Positions 1-11,300 of a DNA stretch of 64,000 nucleotides are shown piece by piece (within the stretch, counting starts at the first letter, position 1; every line of letters begins with the position of its first letter). The notes beneath the pieces are model-generated. The model was not told where the DNA came from. It saw nothing but the letters and a program-made list of their open reading frames with translations, and searched no databases. A program made the translations under genes and the position numbers. The stretch is from Marsupella aquatica (taxonomy: Eukaryota > Plantae > Marchantiophyta): positions 6,063,079 to 6,127,078 of the forward strand of contig OZ316898.1 of assembly GCA_973895155.1 (NCBI GenBank). The letters run 5' to 3'.

Positions 1-344
1 CCAATTTTCCTCTCTCGCCCGACTTAGGATGAATAGTTTCCTGTGAAGGAAATTCGCATTTTCAAAAGACACTCGCTCATCATAAGAGCACAAAAGTACG
101 AACAGAATCAAAAGAACATGGGTGCATAGCAGGACACGGATTTGGCAATTTGTGATCCACGCTGGTCGAAAGAAACGTCCGCTATAAGTTGTAGAGGAAG
201 GCGTGCATTCCCAGTACTTAAGGATATTCTAGCAAGAAATGTCATCATTGGAGACGAATCCCTGTCAGTTTCAGAACAGAGGAATTTGAGAAGAATCTTG
301 TGTAAGTCCAAGTAAGAGAGAGCCAAAGCGGCATTACTCCCCAT
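1..344 (-). CDS. Possible 5' exons of an unknown gene running off the left edge (divergent from the IQ gene)
   Basis: ATG ORF 344..108 (MGSNAALALSYLDLHKILLKF...). A pyrimidine-rich acceptor TTCCTTCACAG|G on the - strand opens an exon at 40 (ETIHPKSGERGKL) that runs to the window edge. The donor is weak and no domain is recognised. Confidence 0.25.
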
Positions 345-1475
345 CGAATTTTAATGTGAGCAAATATAACCACACCAACCGGTTTACAAGTTGTTTTGCT
401 GCGCCGTTGCTTCTGTTTTTGGAACAGTAGGAACCATTACTGCGGGGAAGAGGTATATTTGAGAGGCTGGAGTTTATCGGATATAGATGGGCTGGACTAA
501 AACTTCTGTCTAGCTACCGTACGCAGCTCTGCCTGCTTCGCCAATCCACAACCGGTACTGTCAACTTTGCCACATTTTCTTTCCTTCAGTGTTTTGCGCA
601 CATCTGCTCTGCGCGTTGTGAAACCTTTCTATCACTTGCTAAGTAGTATCCTTGACATTTGGGCAAGATTAAACGATAGGGCTCACCAAGGAGATCCTTT
701 GAACGAAAACTTATCGATAAATGTTCATTCTCTTAAACTGGCGGGAACCTAGTAACGCGATCATAGAGTTCAGAGATTGCAACCCCATTATTGCTCGTAA
801 AATGCAGCACACGCTTATACATGGTGTGGTACAGTTTTGGTTTCCGTGGATGCAGCACCGGACAATTTCCTCCTTCTCTGTCAACGCTCGTCCAAGAATA
901 TGTCTCGCGCCAGAACTAATCTATTAGCTCTTGATGGGACATCCAATTAGAGGAGACTTCGTCTTTCCATTATGGACTCTGACTAAGGGCTCCAACTGGT
1001 TGTCAGGACTTCACAGTATCTCCCGAAACTTCTAACTTCATGTAATGTAAGCTTTGGTATAATTTGAAGGGAAGGCAACCTTGAACGACGTGATCAGGGG
1101 GAAGGACTGAAGGAGGGAGCCAGATCCCTCGCAATTGCCTCCATTCGCCAATTGGCGAACAGACAGAGTGAACACGCGACCCAACGAGCCGTCGAATTGG
1201 ATAAAGATTGGTTTCTCCGAAAGCGGAGAAGTTCGACGAGTAGGCAGAGATGTCTATGGGTTTCAGCCCGAAGTCTTGAGGGCCTGGAGATAAGAATCGC
1301 ACGGTAGAGAAGATGGCACCATTCACGAGGTACGCACGGGCCACCGTTTAGGTACGAAGAACGGAATCATTAGAGTGAGCACACCCGGGAATGAAGTAAT
1401 ACGGAAAAAATCACAATCAATGATTGAAAAGACGAGACTGTTCAGTTTGTGAATGAAGACGAGAGCAGTACATTG

Positions 1476-4400
1476 ATGAAGACACCACCCATGGAATCAG
1501 GTAGGCTCTCATCTAATAGTAATTTGGAAACAGCAGCAATACTGGAAAACTTGGGTGGCTGCTGTGAGGGGACTGTCTTCACCTTCACTAGTGCAGGTTC
1601 GAGGTGGAGATTAAGGCAGCGCCTCAACAGAAACAAAGCCTCATTGGTCAGCGCCCATGGTGGACTGCTACTCAGAGAGGACCCAGCAGATTCCGTTTTC
1701 ACGGAGATGAGAATTATGCCTCGAAGCAGCGAACCAAATCCATCAAATGCTGTTGAGCTTTGGGACCGCAACAAGATGTTGAATTCTGTCAGGACTGAGG
1801 AATCTAGCAGAGCTAACAGTATGGCCAATTATGGTTCTGCGGATCTGAGGGATTACTGCAGCGATAAGAAATTCACTGGCCAGGTAGGAGGGGATGTAAG
1901 AGCCAAAGTCTTCTCTCAGCAGGCAGTGAAGGCCGACCACGAGAGACGAGAGTTGCAGGTTTCGACAGAGGAGACTACTCCACGGAAAAGTAGAAGATAC
2001 GTGAGATGCGACAATTCTAGGGAAAGACACAGATATGGAGATGTAGTAGAGGAAGACAAGATATGGACCTGGAATGAGAAGAAGCTAGAAGAAGTCCGTG
2101 CACACGAACTTTCGAACGAGACTATTGGCAAAGGTTATAAGCCGGCAGAGGAGAGAAGAAACAAACGAGAGTCCTCAGCAGAGGAGATTCATGTCTTCGA
2201 GCAGAGGAAAGTGAAGTGTAGAAGACGAGAGCAAGATTCGTTCAGCACTCATTCGGAAAGCGTGCGGAGCGAGGATCTTTCCAAGGCTGATGATGTTAAA
2301 CGAGCAAGCTACGGATTCAACCACAGGCAAGGCGTTCCGGAAGAGCCGAGAAAACAGCAAGCAGGACCCGTTGTGGCCATTTGCCCTTATGTAGCAAATG
2401 AATCAACAAAGAATAGAAGAGGAGGTTCTATTGATTCAGCTGAAGAGATCGAAGACAGGCGCTCCAATAATGTTGCCAACCAAAACTCCGTGTTTGAGCT
2501 TCACATTCAACGGGGCAATGGTACAGAGGAAAACAGATCATGGATAGCACCAAGGCCTTCAACCCCCCCAATAGCGTGTAGCTTTATCTCGTTCAAAGGA
2601 GGAGTCTCATGCGTGGGAAACCGGAGATGCGAAGTTCTAGGAAACGCTTCTTCGAGAGCTAGACGCTTTCCTGAAGTAGAACATAGAGCTATCGCGACTT
2701 GTGATGGAAACGAAACCCCGTCTCAAATCTTGAATGACAACAGACTGGTCCAGGACAGCAATAGACATGGTCTTTCTATTTCGCCCAATCGGAATCAGAG
2801 AATTTTAGAAATCTCGTTTCCTAGGAGAAACGCAGAAATGGAAGGAGGTGATGCTCAAATAAAGACTGGCAGAAAGCAGAGGCCAGAAGCACTTGAGGAT
2901 TTGAAGTCCATGGGACGGGAAAAGGAAGGGGTTATGATTTCTGAAACACGGGCTGGCAATTCTTCGCACAATGTGGGTCCAGTAGTCCCTTTCCACCAGA
3001 GGCCCTTGAGCAAAGAGCTATCTTCTTCGTGGTCATCGAGGACTACAGAAGGGTCCTTCGACAGGGGAGGTGATGCTTTGTCCGGCTGGGAAAGGAGTCA
3101 CAGTGGCATTTCCAAATCGAAGCATACGTCTGTCAGCGAGGGAGAATCTGGACCTCGTAGGATAGATGTTTCTAAACCGGAGCCCCCAAAGGTGGAGGGA
3201 CCGCGTGGGAGATTGTCGTCAAGTTTACTGGACTGCCACGGCTCACTTCAGGTTGAGGATGGCTTGGAGACAACGGATCTTGATGGCGATGATCAAAGAT
3301 CTAATGAAAGAGAGTGTAAAATATCCGTTCGAAAAGGAGAAGCAGAAGGTCCTTCTCCTGCTCCGGGAAGACTGGAATCAGGTGATGACATTTTTGAAGG
3401 CTCGCTGGAGAGGTTGGACAACTTTCCACTGGCAGAGGTAAATTGTTGCGAGTCCTCCGGTGTCCCAAACAAATCTGTTAGTGTTGGCAATGCAGACCTT
3501 GAAGAAAACTTGCGCTGCGAGATTGCTAGTAATTTCTTGGGGAAATCCACGGCATTGGAGTTGGAAAATCAGAGCTTCAGAGAATCCGTTACAGATATTC
3601 CGGATGGAACACACTCAACTAAGATATCCTGCACTTCAAGGTCAGAAGTAGTTGACTTGGACCTACAACCACAGAAGAGTGTACCGTTGCGGCGACACGC
3701 ATGGGTAAAAGGCTTCAAGAAGAAGACCGGAGAGAAGGTTAGCTATTTTGAGAGCTGGTTGGGGCGTTCTAAAAAGCTTCACAAGACATCTCCAGGAAGG
3801 AAATGTGGCTCCAAGGGAGTTGGTGAACTATCCCAAGCTAATCGAATTGTTGATAAGCATGACAAATCCCGTCCGTTTGGTCAGTCTATTGACCAGCATT
3901 TAATCTCCCAAGCTTGGTCTAAGAAAGAAAGTCAGGCATATGTCACAAAAGAGTTTGAAATTCTTGAAGCCGTTCTCCAGTCCGAAGTGAACGTCGATGA
4001 TGACCAGGCAGAAGCAGCCGATCATTTACAGAATGCAAGCATAAAGTCCAGTGCTGAACTTTGCATTGTTGATAAGGAGGAAGGTAAGTGGGAAGAGGGA
4101 GGGACTATGACAGGGCAATCCAATTCTCAGGAAGTCGATGCTGTAAGTTTGAACACCGTTGCCACAAATCTGGAAACTGAAGATAACATTGTGCAATCAA
4201 AGTGTACCGCTGGAGACGGTTTACCTTTGGAATGTGGAGAGCACCCAGAAGCAGAGAATTCTCAGCAACTACATTGGGCGAATATGCCCAGGACCTGCAA
4301 AGATTTTGCAACGCTGAACTACCTCGGAGAAAAGGAATCTTCACGTTTGGTAAGTGTTTCAAACAGTACTGGTGGTCAAGCAAAAGAATGTAGACAGACG

Positions 4401-7400
4401 GACGAGGCGGAGGGTCATCTAGCATTGCCACATATCAATTCAGCAGCAGAAGGCCTAAATGTCACGAGTGAGAGACTCTCTCTCAAACCTAAGGATGTAC
4501 TTGAGTGCAGCGTGTCCGAGCGAGGTATCAAGACTAGGTTGGAAAGATCTAGAGACAAGCACAAGGAGATGTTTCCTCAGAGCAAGGATACACCCTGTTG
4601 CACTCTTGATGCCCAGATCACAGGATTAGCAGAGCAGTGTGGAATGTTATTTGAGAAGGAAAAGAGAAACCAATCCAATAAGGTGACAGCCGCACCTGAC
4701 AAGATGGCAGAGGGGATGAAGCCTGTTTCCCATCCCACAGTGCTCAATGATAGTAGAGACATCTCAACAAACAAAGTGTTGAATCGCAGTGATTTTGCTG
4801 TCGGAGAACTGAACGTGGAAGATAGATTTGTAGGTCTTGCCACTGCAATATCAGGCCTTGAAGACCATACCAGTAAAAAGTCTTATCCATCTGATCTGAC
4901 TGGTGGATGTGGGAGTCATTCAGACGTACTGGACAGTCTTGTGCAGACTGAAAGCGTCGAGCACATTCCATTCAATAAGCCGTCAAGCGCCGTCAGTCAA
5001 CAGGTTCCCTCACCTGTTCAAGCATCAAGTGTTCCGGATATAGTTCAGCAAGGCAAACAGGTCAAAAGCTCATCCGTCAAAATGCTGCAGGGTGCCAGGG
5101 ATGTGGCCGATGAGGACAGCAGCTTTGCCCTGAAATCTGTATCCAGGACAGACATCGGCCAGTCAACTGACAGACGCAGAGCTGAAATTTCACTCAACAC
5201 AGCAGACCTGGAGTGCAGTTCTGCAAATTTCACATCAGGGATTGACTTTGATCACTTTCCTTCGTCTATCAAAGCACCTACTGAGAAACAAAATTCTGGA
5301 GCTGAGAGGAAGCGAGAGTCACCGGTAAATCGCAGGCATAAGATGCCAATTATTGTACGAGTGAGGAATAGACTGGCAAATGGCTGGTTACTTCAACATC
5401 CTCTTTGGAAGAGAGTTGCAAAGCACAAGATGAAGACCGGCGAATCACAAGCTCTGGCAATCAAAGGTATCAATCAAAATGAAGCACATGCGGATCCATC
5501 TAGTTTGACTTCTGGACAACGCTCCACTGGAGATTTACTTACAGATCTAAATGAGAGCAGGACTGAACATGCAATCAACTTAAACCCTCCAAGCAAACAT
5601 GACACGGAGCTGACAGGTACCAGCATCCCTCAAAATTTTACTTTGGAAGCATATCACCAAACTTGTGCTATGACTGAAAAATCACATCAAGGTCGTTTGG
5701 GGGATTTTGATACTTGTAAATATCACCTGAGCATTGAAGGCATGGAAAAAAAACCATCTACTTCAGAGAACTTAGAGATAGTTCGACAAAATCAACTCAA
5801 CAAGAAGCAAGCACCCTCAAGAAACCATGATGAAGCTGCAGGGGAGCATACAAAGGAGGACTGTCCTGGTCAAGCAAGTTCAGTTCTTAGCTTTGCTGAG
5901 TGGCAGAACCTAGCGAAAGGATTCTCTAAGTCCTCCCCGTCCACGAAAAGAATTGGAGAAAACTCAGACAGCGTTGTGAAGGAGTCGGAGAGGGAGGTGA
6001 CAGAGCTGGGAAAAATCAATGAGTTGAACGATGTTGGTGAGCTACTGTCAGTTGTTTGTCTTGGCAATATTGTGAAGGAAGCAACAGTTTTAGGAACATT
6101 CAGTGACTTTAATGATCGTTGTGAAATTCCGATGGTCCTTGGTGAAGGTAAAGTGGAGAGGGACTCTGGTGGGTTCAAGCAAGTGAGTGTAGATGTTTGC
6201 GGTTCAATGATGCCAGCTGTTTGTCGCGGTAAACAGGAGAAAGTATCCGCAGTCTCTCAGATGTCCAGTGATTGCAGTGCGGATGAGCACATTTTCCACA
6301 GGAACTCAGAAACTGCAACGTCTAGCTATTGCCAGACAGAACCAGTCGCCTTGGCTAAGTTTCCAGACAAGACGGAAGACTGCATTCCAGTCGATTCTCC
6401 GGCGAATCGTTGTTCAGAAAACAAAAATCCTAGTGCTCAGGAAGATGCAGAATCAGGATTGTCACAGGAATGTAAAAGTCTGCAGAAAACCTGTTCATTG
6501 AATGATCATTACGAAGAATTGCAGACTTGCTCGTCGGCATCCTTACACCATGCCTTTGCAAGAGCACCATACATACCTGGAAGGATGCAGATAACTTGTA
6601 AAACTGGAGATTCAAATGGTGAACAGCCTCAGCTCGACGGTCAGAGTGATGGCATGTGTTTAATTCCACAAGTGGAGGATTTCCTGGGTTACCTTTCGAT
6701 CGAAGGCACTGTTGGTCAGTCTGCATCATCAGCTCCATTTCAGTGTCAAATTTGCCCAGGAACGGCAGATAAAGAGCTACATGATAAATCTCTCTCTAAT
6801 TTGGTTGAACCTATTGGCCAAGTCGAGGTTGTGGCTCCCTTCTGTCCACCATTACAAGCAGCCAACTCCTCTGGAAAGGAGATGGCACGGGGTGATGGCA
6901 CCGTCAAAGAAAGAGGCATGGAAGATCGGAGAATGTCTAGTTCCCAGATGAAGGGGTGGCAAGCAGATCCAGCAATGTCATGTCATTCTGCAGGAGAGAA
7001 ATTATCTGGCGATTTGAAGCAGTGGGAGATCATGGAAATGTTGAAACTGCCCAACAACCAACCGCAACTCTTGTCTGGTCAGGGGGCAAAGGATTTTTCA
7101 AGGAAAGTAAACCAAGAGCATGTTTACCGAACTGGACAACAAACAAATGCGTGGGAGAAGTCTTGCCGGCGAGACTGTGGCGGGAGTCATCGGACTCTCT
7201 GCTGGAAGGATATGCCTGCCCCTCAGAACCCAAATGACCTTTCAACAGAGGACCAGATCTTCTTGGAAAGATTCTCGGCTACATCAAACAATCTAAAATC
7301 ATGCGAACTCTCTGAAAGTGGATTTTCTGCTTATAGTAAAATAGGGGTTAGATCATCAGGGCAGCCATATAACTCCTCACCTGATCTTAGCTCACAAATG

Positions 7401-8399
7401 AGACTCTTATCTGCACCGGGAAGACTCAGTTGTGGAAGGATAGGGTCATTATCTTCTGACAGGAGTGTGGACCCTGCTTCTCTACCCTCAGAAGTGCAAT
7501 GGATCAATTCACTGCCTCCATCTCTTTCCACAAGATCATCGTTGGGTGAAGCTGGAAGACCACACACTAGCCAAGAGGATAAATATGATCGTCACAGTAC
7601 GTTTGAGGCTAAATTAGTACCCGATTATGCAGCCTCCTTTAATTGTCCGTCCCCATGTTCCTCAGTCAACAGATCTCTGGATGATTCAGAAAGGCGTTCC
7701 AGCTGGGCTCGTCCATGTACGGATTGCCTAAGTAAGTATGGGCACCAAGAGACCTGCGTTCAGTGTGCCAATGGTATGCATGACTGGAAACATTCTGCGG
7801 CTCCAGGGTGCGTCCCATCACGGATGACGCATAATACCTCCTTCCCAGCTCAATGCCAGTCTTTGCTCCTGAATTCTCGACCGAACTCTTGTCTCAGTAA
7901 TACATCGCAGCCCAGCACACAATGTCGATGCGATGCTTGTTATCTTAGCTGCCGATTTTCCCCCCCTGTCTTGCTAAGCTGCCATCATCCTCCCTGCATA
8001 AATGCCGTGCACAACCACAGACAATGCCACTTTCCTGGGCGTTCTCAATTTGTTCCAGTTTCATCCGATCAACCTGTTAAGTCCCAAAATACAAGTACAA
8101 CTGCCATATATGGACAAAACGTTCAATGTCCTAAACAAGACACTCTACCTCCATACATTCCTCTGCAAGTCATACAGCCGACTGGAATTTGCAGGCCATT
8201 GTCCCAATATTCTGAGGAAACTGTCTTGCCACATGAGCGGCACCAGTTTGCAGACAAAGACAGGGTGACACACGATGATCAGGTTGGTGGACAACCTAGA
8301 AGCAGCAGAACGAAGGAAACAAACAGAGAACAAGGATTGGTCTGGCTCTCTCCGGAGGAATTGAACCTTATACAGCAACTGAGGCTCTCGGGAGAGAAG
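1476..8399 (+). CDS. Giant ~6.9 kb coding exon of the IQ-motif gene (S/E/K/R-rich, probably disordered)
   Basis: About 2300 codons without a stop. The ORF tail after 8399 (VTYCYPFYYILVYC...) reads like intron sequence following a GTAAC donor. Confidence 0.85.
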
Positions 8400-11300
8400 G
8401 TAACTTATTGCTATCCGTTTTACTATATTCTTGTGTATTGCTATTTACATATCCTGTCATGCATCTCAATAGCGTCAGAATTTTCAACGACGGGTCACGA
8501 AGTCGTGGTTGTTTTGAGGGCACTCCCCAGGGTGGGACTTTTGAGATGAAAACTAAATAGAAAGTTTAGCTAAGTAGGTTTCTAAGTGAAAACTTGAGCT
8601 TTTCTAAGATCCCACTGTCCTTGGAAGAAGAACAACGATTTTGAAGATCACAAACATTTTGCTTGACTTTCCAAAGACGAAGAATGAATGTTGCTATATC
8701 TTAGTCACCATTGATAAATCTCGTGATTTTAGCAATCTTTCTTCCGTTTTGAGCCATCATTGGGGTTCCAGAGGCAATCAGTCTTTGGCGAGTGAGTAGA
8801 GAACAGCTGGACTTGTATTGCTTCTGTATGGTGGCTTTTGTAAAATCCCTTCGCCCGGGGCCCTAAAGACTTAAAATGCATCCATTATCACAAGCTGGGG
8901 CCAGAACGCTGACAAGGCCTTAGAACCTCAGTGCTACAAGCAAATAGGACAAAGATAGCTTCAAACCCTTCAGCATGAAACCACTGTCCTTCATAGGAAC
9001 AGAAAAATTGTAGTCCTTTTTCTTCCGCTGGAATCCACCATGCCAACAAGGTTGATATGATTTAAAAACACTCTTCCAGAAAATGTCCATTAACCATTTC
9101 ACTTCTGGCCTGCAAGTTCCAGAAAATTTTAGCATCTGTTTAGCAGAGTCCTCAGTCGAGGATAAAATGTAGATGTCTCCTTGCCATACTCTTGTCTTTG
9201 GGTCTTAGGTCTAACCTGTTTCATCAGCTATTTTACGGCTCTTAATCCTGTCTTTTACCATAACTCGGGATCCGTGGACTTGTTTTATTCCATTCGTCCA
9301 AGACTAGTGATTAGCTCAGAGTTTTGCAGGGCTCACTCAGAGAGATATACATTTAAACTACTAGGTGTTAAGGCCGTTGCATTTTATGATAGTGATCCTG
9401 AACTTGCTAATTACTCATTGTTAGAGTTTTTGGCACTACAGACTGCCCATGAAGCTCGACCCAAAAGAATGACAGTTCTCATGCGCAGAAGAAAATAGAC
9501 TCAAACTGGAGACTAAGAGCAGAACAAGTGAACATATCTAAGGCTGCTGGTGAACATAAACTAGTGGCTATTAGGGAGAAACAGAGGTTTTTGGTACGTT
9601 TCATTTGCTCAGACCTGCCATCCTGTGTCTGTCCCAAGGTCCGTCTGTCAACCCTCAAGTTTCCGTCTCTTGGCATCCTCTCGGGCAGGGCCTTTTGAGT
9701 TCAAGGCAGCCGGATGCCTGACGATTTGCAAAAAGCGTTATTCTTGGGGTTTGGGATGTCGTCCATCCTAAACATGCAATTAGAGGTTCATGTTTCCCTG
9801 GTTGTTAGTTCAACCCAGATATGCTTGTGGATGACACACTTATACCGACCATCAAAGTCTCGTGCACAACTGCACCAGAATCCTCCCCTCTCTAAAACCG
9901 CACACAGTTGGGTCGGTTAACCACAGATTTGCATGAGTAATTGGGGACGTGTGGACTGTGCGAGGTTTGAAAACTCGGGAATCACTCAAGTGTGGAGAAG
10001 GCTGAATGTTTTCGCCGCGTAATATCTGTATAATGTAACCTTTGTTTGTCCCTTTCCAACGAGCAGGCTATGGCAATATGTAGGCACGATGCAGCAGCAT
10101 GCATCCAGAGATATTGGAGAAAATATTTGGAGAAGAATTCGGAGGACCTGAAGGTGGAGCGTGAACACCAGGCCCCAGTCTCGAGCCTCCTCACTGAGTA
10201 TCAAATGTGGCATGATCACTCACAATACTGTAAACTTCGTCAGGTTGTATCATCTCAACAACTATGCGGCTATTCTCCCAAGGTGCCTATCACCCAAACA
10301 GTTGTGATCTGTAATGCAAAGTAATGAGAGGATATGGTGCTATCCAAGACTGAATATTTGTAGGCCCTATAGGTGATACGTTGGTCCCTTACTTCTGTAG
10401 GTTTATATAGACCTGTCATACCCAAGAAGCAAGCATCTATTCAAATGGATTTCTGAGGATCTACACTCACTAAACGTAGACTCGCTTCTTATTTTTCAAG
10501 GTTATCCCTTCTGCGCCTGCCTTCTCCGGTTATAATCGGGTTGAGATATGTTTCTTCAAAATTTAGAGCAGACGGCAAGTCTAATTGAGCATGCCCTCTT
10601 TCTTGCAATGCTTTTTGCAGGAATTAAGTCAAGAAAATTTAGTGAGGACGGTGTATAGAACAATGCAAAACGCTGCAAGAATAATTCAACGTGCGTGGCG
10701 ATCGGTATTAAGAAATCGAAAGGAGAAAACGCTGGCGCGAAGAGAATTGCCCAAGGATTTGAAGGTCTCCCTCATCAGGTTTTTTTGAAGTGTATTCTTG
10801 TAGAAGGACTTTGAACTTGAATATACTGTAAAACAGTCACTATTCTATCTCTGACTATTTTCCAGCGGCAAGTGGACTTCAAGATCTTCACTGGATGACT
10901 CACATTGATCTGACAGTTATGGATGACAACTGATGCCTCGACTTCGTATTGCACAGAACTTTTATGACATTATAAAGGGCAGGCAAGCGGCAAGTGGTCG
11001 ACTTGCTCCTTCATTTGGTGAGCATGAAATATATTGCAGCTACATGATCCATTTATCTTTAGGAACCAGTTTTGTATTCTGAAGTTGCAGTTGTCTTTGC
11101 CAAATGTGCTGGTACCCAAAAAAATTTCAAAAAAAAACGCTTCCTAGCCTCGGTTTTCATCGAAGAGTCACAAAACTGGCTGCAGAGTTATTTGCAAAGT
11201 CTGTCGAACGAATCCAGGCAGCAACAGAAGGTGCTCGAGTGAGACGGCGACTCAAGTCACACAGGCTTCAGACCATCATAATGGAGATAAAGGTATGGAT

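Noticed and set aside
1442-8378. Many short ORFs overlapping the giant exon on both strands
   Set aside because: They are by-products of the long real frame and contain no motifs.
8400-8549. Hydrophobic C-terminal tail of the 2366-aa ORF as a transmembrane anchor
   Set aside because: It follows a good GT donor and is T-rich, so it is most likely intron read-through.
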